Source: Podarcis liolepis
Lineage: Eukaryota
Assembly: GCA_965112155.1 (NCBI GenBank)
Contig: OZ218102.1
Reading direction: 5' to 3' (one strand)
DNA length: 64,000 nt
Shown: piece by piece, positions 39,457 through 53,682 of the stretch
Layout of the letters: each line of letters opens with the position of its first letter
How positions within the stretch are numbered: position 1 is the first letter of the stretch
Position numbers and translations under genes: made by a program
The notes under the pieces: model-generated
The model's database searches: none
Told to the model about the DNA's origin: nothing
Seen by the model: only the letters and a program-made list of their open reading frames with translations

Positions 39457-40622
39457 TATGCCATACCGACAATATGCCAATTGTCTCACACCCTTGGACT
39501 CTATTGTTACTAGGAATATAGGAACCACGCAGACACTGAACATAATGGGGAAATAGTGTTTTACATCTGGTTAAAACTTGGGAGTTTATGAATTCTAAAT
39601 CAATTTGAACACAGGAGCTACACTGACATAATTTAGTATTATTTGTATTTTATTATTAAATAAATATCTGATGACTAGTACGTTGGGTGTTTCCCAGAGG
39701 TGACTTTTGTCCTGTTGACTCTAAGTGAAAGATGTTTCTGAACTGGTAGGATCTTGCTAACTTGTCCTTTTTTTGACAAGAGGAAACGGAACCTAATTTG
39801 CATTGTCCTCAGAAATAAGGCATTCAGATATTTCCTGTATTGTAGGTTATGAGTCACTGTCTGTAAATGATGTGTGAACAAGGACTCGGTGTAACACTAA
39901 ACACTAAAACAAAAACAGATAAATAAGAAGGTCAAGTACTGGTATATTTGTAAGTCTTTGCTGGAGATTAAAAAAACCTAGGGAACAGAATGGGACTTTC
40001 AGAAAATGATCAAGATAGTAGAAGCTATGTAGCAGCCCGCTGAAACTTCTGTAATATCGCCTTTTTGATTTGGTAGTGATAAACAATTTCCATAAAGTTT
40101 AAATTACCATAATAGGAATGGACGGCCTTTTTGTGTACTGTGGAGTGATTCCCTGCTGAATTATAAGACTCAGCCAGACTCTGCTATGGTTGAAAAACAC
40201 ATTTAACCTTTGACTTAGGGATCTGCTTTTACTCTGTTACATAAGCTCTTTGATAGCATGAAGGGGCAGTACCTGGGTCTACTGGGTACCAGGCTGTGCA
40301 GATTTCAGCAGCTTCAGAGTGTAGCCCCTGATGTAGGCATCTTAAAGGAACCAGATGGAGCTGTTTGGGAGCTGGTGGTATGCACATGAAGAAGGAAATG
40401 GATGTGTTTTACCAGTGAACCCTTTAAATATTACATCAGTGCAAAAATAATAATTCAGGATCAGAATATAATGCCCCCTTTGTTAATTATCCCATGTTCC
40501 AAATGCAAGTTCCAAGTCATAGTATGACAACTTGATTCTGGCTGTATTTAGAAGTGCTGTGTGTGTGTGTGTGTTCGTTCCCAGGTATAGGACTGTTCCC
40601 CTTGACTACAATCTTAAACATA

Positions 40623-40827
40623 CTGTATTTTTCATCCCATAGGACGCACCGGCCCATTCTCCCGCGGGCTCCCAAGGCTTGCTGGTAGCTTCCTGAAGCC
40701 TGGAGAGCGAGAGGGGTCGGTGCGCACCGACCCCTCTTGCTCTCCAAGCTTCAGCGAAAGCCTGCATTCAGATTTCCCCTTCATTTTTGGAGGGGGAAAA
40801 GTGCTTCCTATAGGGCGAAAAATACGG
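40623..40827. mobile_element. MITE family B relative
   Basis: TA|CTGTATTTTTC...GAAAAATACGG|TA. Confidence 0.7.
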
Positions 40828-41104
40828 TACTTACTAGAGAGTAAGGGTGCAATTCTATGCACGCTTACTTGGGAATAAGCCACAGTGAACACAAAGGGGC
40901 CTACTTTAGAGTAAACATGCATAGGATTGTGCTGTAAAACTCAGTGAGATCTACTTTTAAGTAAATATGCCTAGATTTGTAAAAATTCAGCTGCTTTTCC
41001 AGTTTGGTTAGTATAACTTCTTTCAACCCAGCTTTTACAAGTTAACCCTTTAAAAACAAATAAGAATAGGATAACAAAATTTAGCTCAACTTCAAAACTC
41101 TTAC

Positions 41105-41499
41105 CTCTCAGCAGCAAGAGCAGTCATAGAATAAATGCTCACAAACATTGCCGTAACAGGAATAAAGTTAAGAAACCGACAGAATCCCTCACCGAAATAC
41201 CAGACGTTGTGGCTGGCATAAATAAAATTGAACACTGTGTTCAAGGCAGTCATTAGCAGGTCAGAAAAAGCCAAGTTAACAATAAAATAGTTGGTAACAG
41301 TCCTCATCCGTTGGTGAGACAAGATAATCCAAATGACAGTGCCATTGCCCACAACCGATACGATGACTATGAATAAATAGGTGATAGCCCAAAGTGCTAT
41401 TTGCCAGCCAGGCTGAGAAAACGCGGTCTGGTTGACATGGTCTATGGAAATGTCATCCACTGAAATGTTGCTTATGTTTGAGGAGGACATTGTCTTCAT
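41105..41499 (-). CDS. TACR2: Tachykinin receptor 2 (NK2 / substance-K receptor) exon 1, TM1-TM3
   Basis: [10 protein letters not shown]...[12 protein letters not shown]...[30 protein letters not shown]...[10 protein letters not shown]...; donor AG|gtaa; 395 nt; lies between HK1 and TSPAN15. Confidence 0.94.
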
Positions 41500-42810
41500 A
41501 ACTTTCTTCAGCTCACTGTCGAAAACTGTGTGAAATGGGATTACTTTCTTACAGCAGTCCTAGCATTGTTGCTGTGAACTTGCAGTTTGGAGATCTTCAG
41601 AACACGACACACTGACTTTGATGTGCATCCCACATTCAGTTTACAGATCTTCCGTGCACCACACAATGGTTTTCCACAGGAAGCGATTACAGCTCTTCTA
41701 TGCTCATATCCACCACAAATCCATTTGAATATCTGCTGGTGTTAATGACCAACAGAAATATGCAGAAGATCTGTGATAAGAAGAATCTTCTTAAGAATCG
41801 AAGTGTCAGGTTATGGTAACTCTGTTAAAATGTGTTGTTTTTTAAAAAAGAAGAGATCAAAAGATATCGCAGCATGGAGTTGCTGGACTTTAATTCTCCC
41901 TTCCTTAGTAACACTGAAACATTTCGGAAGCAGTCAAACAGGCAAAAAAAAAATCTACAGGCTTAACGAGAATTGAAAAGAGGTGGAGAGGCTAGAATAT
42001 ACAATAGCTAATGAAATTCAATTTCGTGACGCTGGAGTTCCACCCCTTGCCCCACGTTTTTGTAGTAATCTTCATAGCTCTGTTCCTCTCAGGTTTAAAG
42101 CGAAGAGCGTCAAAGATTTTACCCTATTAGGGCCAAGTCATTTATCCTTTGCATATCCACAACTCACATTTAATTTGGTGAGAGTTTCACTAAGAACTTG
42201 GCCTGCAGTGTGCCATAAATATTATTAGGAGGGTTTGCGACAACAGTTCCAAAGCAACTATACAGAAGACAGTAAAAATGTATTCAGGATTGTGAAATCC
42301 ATCTCCTGCTGACTGCTGTGAGAGCTTCACAGAAGCTCACACATTGGACTGTGAACAGTGGCTGGGAGCTCAACTGCTGTGAACCATATTCTGCTCAGAG
42401 GTAGTCATTTTCATCCTAGGAAAATATCCCAATCTCAAGAACAGCCTTCCTGAGAAGGCTCTGTGAAGCACAAGGGAATGCCACAGGAAGGAAATACCGT
42501 TTCCCCCCACCCATATAAGCATAAGGGCTTTCTGCCTATGCCCAGGAAGTGGTTGCTTGGATCCCATACATTATTTTCTCCTAATAAAATAGTATTTTAT
42601 TGATGCAGTGAGTTGCCTTCAAAGTGTCTTAAAATATGCCTAACTTATCTATGACTACTATTTATTCTTATTACTATGCCTGTATAGTCTAAAACAGTTT
42701 CCTGAGATGTGCCCATTTATTTTTTTCAAACTTTTAAGTAATTTGCATCACACAGGGAACCATCTCTTTTACTGTGTATTTAAAACTTCGGTGGAAATTC
42801 TGAGATTATC

Positions 42811-43032
42811 CCAGTAGCACCTTAAAGACCAACTAAGTTAGTTCTTGGTATGAGCTTTCGTGTGCATGCACACTTCTTCAGATACCTGAAGAAGAATCTG
42901 AAGAAGTATCTGAAGAAGTGTGCATGCACACGAAAGCTCATACCAAGAACTAACTTAGTTCGTCTTTAAGGTGCTACTGGAAGGAATTTTTTATTTTGAC
43001 TATGGCAGACCAACACGGCTACCTATCTGTAA
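42811..43032. mobile_element. Penelope-like non-autonomous insertion with inverted arms carrying hammerhead motifs
   Basis: 75-bp arms at 42811-42885 and 42906-42980 (1 mismatch); CTGAGATTATCCCA duplicated at 42800-42813 and 43033-43046. Confidence 0.75.
42906..42943 (+). ncRNA. Minimal type I hammerhead ribozyme motif (mirror copy at 42848-42885 on minus strand)
   Basis: GTAT-CTGAAGA-A-GTGTG-CATG-CACAC-GAAA-GC-TC-ATAC: stem I, CUGANGA core, stem II, GAAA, palindromic AGCU helix III, UC site. Confidence 0.6.
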
Positions 43033-45190
43033 CTGAGATTATCCCATTGCTCTGAGACTACCCTTAAAATGTAGTTAGATTTCCACCATATTTAAACTGG
43101 ATTATTCAAGTCTGTTGAGAAAGCAACACAGGAAAAACCTCCAGTAATGAAATAGCTAGCATGCCACAGGTGTATAAGCACTATTTCAAGGTTGTTTTGT
43201 TCAGCATCTAAAATCATGTAGTCTACTATGTGAAAGCCAAAGTTATGAATCCAAGCTCTGACTAGTGTGCACTATTGCCAGAAGACTACATCTAATGTAA
43301 CCTGTAGCACAAGACTTTGTTTTAAACCAAACAGTGTCCAACCTTGAGTCAACATTGTTTCACCTCAAGTTCCCCAGCTACTTATTCATATCAGTACATT
43401 TCCATATATCAGTTCACCTGTGCAAGTGTACCTATAAAAATTCCTGGCCTGCAAACATTTTACTAGCACATGAAGTTACGGAGCCTTAGTTTCTATGCTG
43501 GCCACAGAGGAAAGGGAATTTCTTCTTCAACCAGTATGGAAATGTAGGCTACTACTAAGCCATGTAGGCAAGCACCAACCACCCACAACAGTCAATTGTC
43601 TTCTACCAAGGGGTCTGGCGCAGGTACAGAATAGTACTGCATGGAATTCCTGGTGGCCTATGGTGACCAGGCAAATGGTTAAATACAAGGCTGGATTTGA
43701 TTCAAGTTCTTCTCTCATGTTTCTTATCATCAAATACTTTCTGCTAGAGACACTTGAACATCTCTCTAGACGCTACTTATAGAAAAAGGGCCACTCTGTA
43801 TACTGTAGAACAGAGGCAATTTAGTTAGTGCTCTCTGCAAAATCTCCTGTCTGCCAAATGTGCAATTATTAACAGGGACATTATATACCGTTACCCTAGG
43901 ATGAGGTAAAAAAAGTACCGGACTATTTGAGATGTCCCAGCTTTATTGAAGATGCGCTTTAAACCTTGGATAGCTTCCAAAACACATTTAAATTGAAGAG
44001 GTTTAAAAGAGCATCAACTCAGAACTGACTTGTGTAAACAAGTCCTTAACAGATAAACCATTTTAAGAATGCAATATTTAAATGTTAATACCTGGAATAT
44101 TCATGTGGAAAATAATCATGTAAGCCATCTTTGAACTTTTTAATGCAGCCTCACATATTCTTGCATAGTTGCATTAAAATTCCAGCACATGAAAAAGGAG
44201 AAGGCTAAAATACATTGTCTATGTGGACAAGGACAGTACTTCATTAGACCCAACTTTACCAGTGACCAGTCAATTTAATGTTATACTGTACTTTATTTAA
44301 ATTATTGTTTTGTAAAAAAACAACCATATAGCATTTCCAAGAGTACTCTGACAAGCTGAATATGTGCAACTACATTCTTTCTGTGTTAGTTTCACAATGG
44401 GAGTTTGATTCTCTAGAAGATGAATAAATATTTACACCGAGTATATATATGAAAGAGATCTGTTCCATTTTACTGTTAGATCCTTATAAGGGGATATACT
44501 TCTCTCTGGCTCGCAGAAAGGTTCTGTTCTGTTCCAAAAGGAAAACATGCTGAAAGGTCACTTGTAGAAAGCCCAATAGACTTCCAGGGAAATCACTATG
44601 ACTTTACATAGTGGTAAACACAGTATAATTTAGCTAGTGATCTTAACAGTTTTAAGATACTCTTCATAAAGAGAGATATAACTAAGAGCAAAATCTATTT
44701 TCTTTATTAGAAAACACAGGGCTTTATCAAAGACAAAGCGTAAGATTACATTGAATGCTTGTTGCAGAAAGCAAGAAAACCTGAAAAACCATTGAAATGT
44801 TTTCATATCAGACACTTTCAGATTTCACAGCTTCTATAATGCAAATCATTTCTCCTCAATTCCTTCATTCATTCGCTTGCTTGTTGGCAAGTGGGCAAGA
44901 ACAAATTCAGCAGTTGTTAGCAGTGTCAATGAGCTATTCTTCCTCAAGAAAATAGCTTTCTTGTGTAGGGCTTAGAGTGAGGCATTTCTTTCTTTTTCTC
45001 AGCTAGCTTAATATCAGTCACATATTCTCTTCATGTTTGCTCAATAATACAGCAAAACAATTCACATTTTTTTCTTGCTAGTTGCCATTGGGAGAGTGCT
45101 TGAACTCACTTTGTGAGTCCTATAGCATCTCCATCCAATATGCCAACGTTAGATTCACAATGCTAGGAACAAAACCGGGACATCTGTATA

Positions 45191-45432
45191 CAGTGGTACC
45201 TCGGTTTACGAACTTAATCCGTTCTGGAAGTCTGTTCTTAAACTGAAACAGTTCTTAAACTGAGACACGCTTTCCCTAATGAGGCCTCCCGCAGCCGGTG
45301 CCCTTCCACTGTTCTGGCTTCCATTCTTAGACTGAGGTAAAGTTTGTAAACCGGGACACTGCTTCTCGTTTTGCGGAGTTTGTAAACTGAATCATTTGTA
45401 AACAGGGCTGTTCTTAAACCGAGGTACCACTG
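45191..45432. mobile_element. MITE family A, divergent subfamily
   Basis: Same CAGTGGTACCTCGG TIR and TA TSD; diverged interior. Confidence 0.8.
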
Positions 45433-45595
45433 TACTACAATGGAACATTTTTTCTGTTGTTGGTGTGAATGGTTTTCAGCTTATTTGACTCTTGACAATT
45501 GCTCATTGCGTTTGTCAAGAGAAAGAGTGGCACCTTTGAAGGGACGCCCACTGATCACAGTCACACCAATTCTCCAGTAAACAAGACAAGCGGGG

Positions 45596-45749
45596 CCCCT
45601 TCACCTGTTCTCCTCTTTTTTCTTCCTAATGTAACCCTAATGTCTCAACAAATGAAACTGACCTATGGAAAATGTAACTTGAAAAAAGAGACATTGCACA
45701 TACCTTTGTAAACCAAGAAAACTTTAATAAAATATTTTTTTTAAAAAAA
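45596..45749 (+). mobile_element. Short poly(A)-tailed retroposed insertion with 13-bp TSD
   Basis: AAGACAAGCGGGG at 45583-45595 and 45750-45762; AATAAA at 45726 followed by an A tract. Confidence 0.7.
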
Positions 45750-46119
45750 AAGACAAGCGGGGTGGGGCTTTTACAGCACATTCCCACACATGCTTATTCG
45801 GAAATTATTACCATTACTATTACTAGTATCCCGCCCATCTGACTGGGTTTCCCCACTCACTCTGGGCAGCTCCCAACAGAATATTAATAGCACGGTAACA
45901 TCAAACATTAAAAACTTCCTTCATTAGTTGAAATGAGGCTTATTCCCAAGTAAGTGGGGGCACGATTGCATCTTTCATCTAACGATATCTAGAAGGCTAC
46001 TTGTTGTGTTAAGGCTGCCACCACACGTGAAAGACAAATTTATTATGACATCAGCGCTTGTGAATTAAACGTCTGCTTCATCCGATGCAATGGAGCATAG
46101 TAATCAAGTGTCAGAAACA

Positions 46120-47100
<981 letters not shown>

Positions 47101-50100
47101 CAAAGGTTTCCAATCCCACCCAGTGACGGGAAAGCAAGCAGCTCGCTCGATAAGCACGTGCTTTTATTTTTTTGTCAGTGGGAGGCTATTCCGTGGTTTA
47201 AAATAACGCCGATTTCAAAGTATGTAACGGAGGAGACCCTTCAGGGGTGCGGTCAGAATAGCTGTAGCTTGACTTGTGCGGTGAATTTAACTGTAGGCTT
47301 TTAACTTGGCAAACTAGTGCCCTGACTCAGTCGAGGAAGGGAAAAAAGGCATTAAAGTGCTTGTGACACCTGCTGCCTTTCTCTAAAGCGATCATATGCT
47401 GGCAGTGGCTATTAGAAAAGGCAGAGTCACATTTCCTTGTCATCTCCTCTTGCCCTGAAATTTGCTTCTGGTTCTGTCGAACCATTAATAATAAAATAAT
47501 TCATTTTTGCAGTAAAAATTGTTTAAATAGAAATCGTCTCTGAAAATTGTACATATGCTTAATTTTTTTGTGTTGTCATGCACCCATCATTCTGCAACCA
47601 ACATTGCAAACACACAGGTTTGTTAAGAAGTGCAGAAGAAGATAAAAACCATGCATTTATGTGGCCTGCATAGTTCTGAGTTCAAAGTCTCAATTTTTGC
47701 TTGTGGCACACCCCACATTAGTAGAGAGGGAAATTTTAACCTATAAGGAAATATTTAATGAATTAGTCACATGGATGAATTGATAAGAGCTTGCAGGTCT
47801 AATTCAAACAGCCTGTTTTGTTTACAATCACCACCATTTCCTTCCCTTTTCTCTCTCTGCTGTGTTGAATATAGACTAGACACCTTGGGACAGGGAACTC
47901 TGTGTGCTTGTTCTTTGTAAAACACTTATTACACAGTGACAGTGTAATATGACTGACTGATTGAATAATATTGCTCCCAATAAGACTTATTCCAGTAAAA
48001 CCCCCAAGCTTTCATGCTATTTGAAAGACAGTTCAGCTGTCACTTTGGATTGTATTCATACTTATACTGGATTAATTAACCATTAACACATGAGGATCTG
48101 GACTGGACATAATGTTCCCTGTTACTATGAATAATAGTTTATGCGGAGTGTTAGATACACACACGCTTCTCTCTTCTTCTGCACTGGCTTTGGTCTGGAG
48201 AGCCTGGTTTGTTTAAACTAGAGTTCCCTGTTTAGATGAAATAAGAGACTGTGGCTTAATGTTTGCTTACTAATCAGTACATTATTCCAGGGCCAGGAAT
48301 TAACCTAAAGCTAAAGATGAAAAGAGGGGCTTTAGTTTAAACAAACCAAGATATTTGCACTGAAGAGGACTTGCAATGGGAGGGGCAAAAGAGGAGCAAA
48401 AGGTTTTGACACTCGTTCTTGGCTTCATGGTTTATGAAGCTAGGAATAATTAAGTCTGAACTGAACCTTACTTTGTTCATTATTGTATCTTCAGATCTGT
48501 GACTATCGCTCAATCAATACACAACACCGCTTAACTAACATGTAGCTCAGTTAACACACAATGCCCAACCATGAATTTGTGGCTGGAAGTACCTTTGCGA
48601 GTTTGCACATGCTCTTATTCCCTCCCCTCCTCCACTTCCTGAGTTTTTCTAGCTCACATTGCTGTGATGTCCAGATTGGCACCTTATGATTTGTGCTAAC
48701 CTCTGAATCATGGTTTGCAAACCATCTTCAAAGCAACATTTCAAATTCTGTTTAACATCATGGCAAACTATGGTTAGTAAACATCAGGAAGTAGATGGAA
48801 GAGGGTAGATTGTGGTCTGTTGGTGAACTATTGGCCAATTTTGGGTGAACAACCTAGTTCAGGTGTGGGTAACATATGCCCCTGCAGGTGTTGCTGCACT
48901 CCATTCCCATCATGCTTGCCATTGGAGTTCAACCACATGTGGTAGCTCAGAGGTTAGCAACCCCTGATCTTACCTCCTTTAAGTTGTGTTGTTGGGTTTC
49001 TTGCAAAAAATGCTTGACTACGGTAAATGCATTTTGATCTCTTAAGAAAAGAGTGCTTTCATTGTTTAGAGGACTTGCATTCTGGATATGAACTCTTGCT
49101 TTGTAAATATGAAATATTTTGGTGGACCCCTGGGCTTCTTAAGAAAAATAAAACAAGACTTGTCTTGTGGGTATCGTTAGAGTCTTTCATTGGGCAATAA
49201 TGGCTGCCTCAACAGTGAGTAAGCTGAATGAGATGAAAGGTTAGGTAGCAGTTTCTCAGTCAAAATATTGTTCTGTTTCACTGAAGTGAGTTGAAGAGGT
49301 TGTTGGGGTCATGGAACTACTGTAAACTTAAGATCCAGTTAAAAGTGCGAATGTAGAGGCCTTATAATTGTGTTTGTGTGTGCATTGTAGCTTTCTGTGT
49401 ATTAATTATAGGAATCACTGCCGGATAATTCCAGTTTTCATCAGCATAATTCTACCTACATTGGGGGACGGAACTTGCCGATCTGTTTAATAATGCTAAA
49501 AATCATTTTAGAAAAAAATGGGTATTTTTTAATGGCTCAAGTTTAGCTGGAACTGTTTGGATCTTCAGAAGGTGTCTTAGAGGATCCCGGGCTGATATCA
49601 TCTGAAGGATTACTCACTTTCTTCACTCTATTTAGGCATCACAGCTAATAGATCCTCGACTGAAATTCCACTGAAGGTTCATGCTGTTCTTTATCCTTAT
49701 GGGGAAATTCCTTACTTTTGTGTGACGCAAGCTGATTTCCTATTTACAGTTAAAGTTATCTGTATTCCAGGCGGCAAGGATGTAGGTCCCTAGTTCCCAG
49801 TTCGTTATTATTAGTTCTCAGTTCAACAGAGAGCTGCATGAGCAGCCTAAATGGGGAACTGAATTTCGTAACATCTTGGCACCCCAAAATGAGATTTGGG
49901 GCTACTCATACCTTACATCTCCATGACTGGGAGGCTGTTTCCTTCAAGATACAGCAGAGACATGTAGGGGCATTTCCCTGAATGTGCAAATACCTAAGTG
50001 TGGATGGGGGCAGGGACAAATGTTTGAACCCCTGATGCTTCTCAGGATGACATGCATGAGGCTTTTGAAGCAGGGCTTGTTTGTGCACCCTTCCTCCCAT

Positions 50101-51047
50101 CCACAGATAAGAGCGTTTGCATATTCCGAGAAATGCACAAACATGCCTCCTTATTCTCTCTGGTCAAAAGCTTTGCTTTTGCACAACACACGATTCCACC
50201 CTGGTCATTCAGTGTCACAGTGTCAAGCCTTATGTTATAACCAGCTCACATATGCCCAGGAAGGCTGGCACTTCTTTGTATCATGATGCACACATTCCTA
50301 TTTATGGATGAAGGCTTCAACCAAAAGTCAGACTTTTCTAGAAAGAAGCGACTTAAGAACCTCAAATGGAGAGGCCTCTCCCAGCCAATACACTTTTGTC
50401 ATAAAAGATTGGTGGGAGGATCACTCCTTCTTTCTCAGTTTATTTTAAACTGCCTTCTTTGGCAGTTTTTCTTCCTCAGAGGAATTTTTATTGAGGGAAA
50501 AGAGACCTTTTTAAAGCTATGCTTATTTTTAACTTTGATAAATGCAATGGTTTATATTTCTTAGAAGTATATTTTGGCACTGCTTTTTTATATATATAAA
50601 AAAAGGATTTCCCCTTAGTTCTCCGGCCCTCTTGGTTATTGATGGGAGAAATTTTGAAGCTGTGAGTGTGTTGAGGTATGGGAGCTCTAAAAATACAATT
50701 CAGGATTGGTCACTGAAGACAGGAGAGACAGGACCTTTCACCCCAGAGCTAATAGCACTGTGGGGAATATTTCCACCAAGATCATGGTTGAGGGGAGGGA
50801 AGGCTTAAACATCCCCATGTGCTGCAGTCCCGACAAATTTAGATACTGTATTAATATTTATTAAATCAAAATCAATTTGCATTGGATGATCATGGAGCAG
50901 GGATAAACTGATTTTCTCTCTTCTAAAATGTTGAATAAGAAGGCTGCTGAAAATAAGTAGACACACAGTTTTAAACATTATTTTCGTTAGCTTGATTCAG
51001 GTAGAACAAGAACAGAAGAAATATTACCCTGGACCAAACCACTGCAT

Positions 51048-51347
51048 CTAAACAGTCTTTAAACCTCTTTTGTTGACCAGCAGCATTATACTTTCCATTT
51101 TTAAGTTCGGAATAGAGTAGTTGCTTTGGAAGACAATAATCAGGCATCCACACAACACGACCAGTCCAACGAAGTTGATGTTGAAGAATCATTGCTTAGA
51201 CACCGGTGATCTTTGCTTCTTCCAGTACACTGGCATTAGTTCACCTGTCCCGATTGAAATGCAGAGTGTCTGAGGACTGGGACATTCACAGGGAAACCAA
51301 AATGCTTGTTTACAAAGCTATTGTACTACCAACTTTACTGTATGCTT
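51048..51347. mobile_element. Degenerate RTE-clade LINE fragment with inverted 5' segment
   Basis: Minus: TNASVLEEAKIT...LRWTGRVVWMPDYCLPKQLLYSEL...GQQKRFKD; plus 51251-51347: RLKCRV...ETKMLVYKAIVLPTLLYA. Confidence 0.8.
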
Positions 51348-51773
51348 GGGTGTCTCTATAAGGCCATTAAGACCAGAGTGTAAGGCTACCTCGTGCACCA
51401 CTATTATCAAGAAAAACAAACATCGAATATTGTGGCACTTTAAAGATTAACACAATTATTGTTTTATTAGTATGAATCTTTTATGAAAGTGGCACAGGAC
51501 TCTTGGCTGAAGTGGTTTGTCTTCTGGAAATGTATCAGTGGTATCAGTTCTGCTACAGAACAGTTCAATAATGTTTTGGTTGTGACATGGCCTGTTGGAA
51601 ATACAATCTGTCCCTGATTTAGGGACCAGACAAAATAATGCTGTGTGCTTGATGCTTCCAGTTTGCTGTTTTTTAAAAAAAAAAATCAATTCCACCTTTC
51701 AAGATTCCTGCTAGTTTGTACTTTTGTGAAATAAGCAGTAATTTGATTTTCTCTTTTTAATAAGTCAGTTTAA

Positions 51774-52040
<267 letters not shown>

Positions 52041-52753
52041 TAAGTAGGAGTCTACTTGTAACCTGAACTTGATGTTTATAAAACTTATTTTGATCTCTAT
52101 TCTGTAAACAGCTTTAAGACGGCTTAGCTAATAACTTCCTTCTTTGGATAAATAGCAGAGAGAAAGGAAAGTACAAGATGGATTCTAATTTAACCACTGT
52201 AATCGAAGTTGTCAAAGGCAAACGCTTTACTTTAGTGGCACTTAATCATGGTTTTAGAGAAATTGTGGGTGTAACTGGAAAAGCCTGCTTAAACAAAAGT
52301 AAGATTTATGTAAGAAAAATGCAATGTAAATTCAGGCATACAAAATGTTTTTATATTTAACAAATATTTAACATGTGTTTACATAGCTTGATGTTAAAAG
52401 CCGTCAGGATAAAATATTTTCATTCACAAAATGTATTTACTTATTATTTAAACTGAAGTCCATTGATTTACTGCCTCCAGGTTAGCAGAGGTTTCTTTCA
52501 CAGCATGTATGCTTGAACTTTCTCCATCTACATGGTGTTTTTTTAATGTGTCATATTTTTATATAACGTATTTATTTATGAAAAGAGCCCTTTGATCTAA
52601 AGTAGCACCATGATTCCTTTTGGGGTAGAACCAGCGATCGACATTTTCACATCAACAGTAAAACAATCAATATGCGTAAAACAATCAATATGCAAATTAA
52701 ATTTAGAGCAATGTTGAGAATGAAAAGTAAACAGCAAGAATTCACTAACACTA

Positions 52754-52958
52754 CAGTGGTACCTCCGGTTAAGAACTTAATTCGTTCTGGAGGTCTGTTC
52801 TTAACCTGAAGCCTCCCGCTGCCGCCATGCCGCTGCTGCACAATTTCTGTTCTCATCCTGAAGCAAAGTTCTTAACCCGAGGTAATATTTCTGGGTTAGC
52901 AGAGTCTGTAACCTGAAGCGTATGTAACCTGAAGCATATGTAACCTGAGGTACCACTG
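52754..52958. mobile_element. MITE family A with internal deletion
   Basis: Same TIRs and TA TSD. Confidence 0.85.
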
Positions 52959-53468
52959 TATTGGCCTCTGGTGGGGTGTTCCACTGCCAATCTCACGTAT
53001 GCACGTGAATTGATGATTACAATATTAGAGCAGCCCACTCGCTCTGCAACACTCAGTCAGATGTTTATTAAAGCTGACCAAGAAGACGAAATGCAAAGTA
53101 TAAAATACAAAACCACAGCCTACATGAAGCCAATGATTTTAAAATGACAAGCTCAGAACTAAGAATCATAGCAGGCCTATGAGACATTACAACATTCGGA
53201 AGTCTTGCCACCTGCTTAATAATAAACGTATTGATCCCCTCAAGGAAGAAACTTGGAAAATTCTCTGAAGATCAGTTAGGAAACTGTTTCGTAAGTGAAT
53301 ATATTGTGTGCAATCTTCTGATAAAATGACAGAAAAAGAACTGACCCTTTTGACCTCTGAGAGGTCATACAGAAAGCATCTGCCTAACTAAAGGGAACTA
53401 AGTTTTGAAGTGAAACATTAAGATGGGCAAATCAAATAGCTGTTCTGTACTTTGGCACCTAGCAACTA

Positions 53469-53682
53469 CAGTGGTACCTCTGGTTATGTACTTAATTCAT
53501 TCCGGAGGTCCATTCTTAACCTGAAACTGTTCTTAACCTGAAGCACCACTTTAGCTAATGGGGCCTCCTGCTGCCGCCGCACGATTTCTGTTCTCATCCT
53601 GAAGCAAAGTTCTTAACTCAGGTACTATTTCTGGGTTAGCGGAGTCTGTAACCTGAAGCGTATGTTACCCGAGGTTCCACTG
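53469..53682. mobile_element. MITE family A
   Basis: Same TIRs and TA TSD. Confidence 0.85.

Noticed and set aside
30135-41499. TACR2 as a pseudogene
   Set aside because: Five exons splice in frame with canonical sites and no premature stop
42811-42980. miRNA precursor or CRISPR-like array
   Set aside because: TSD, tail and hammerhead core point to a retroelement; there is no repeat-spacer structure and the DNA is eukaryotic
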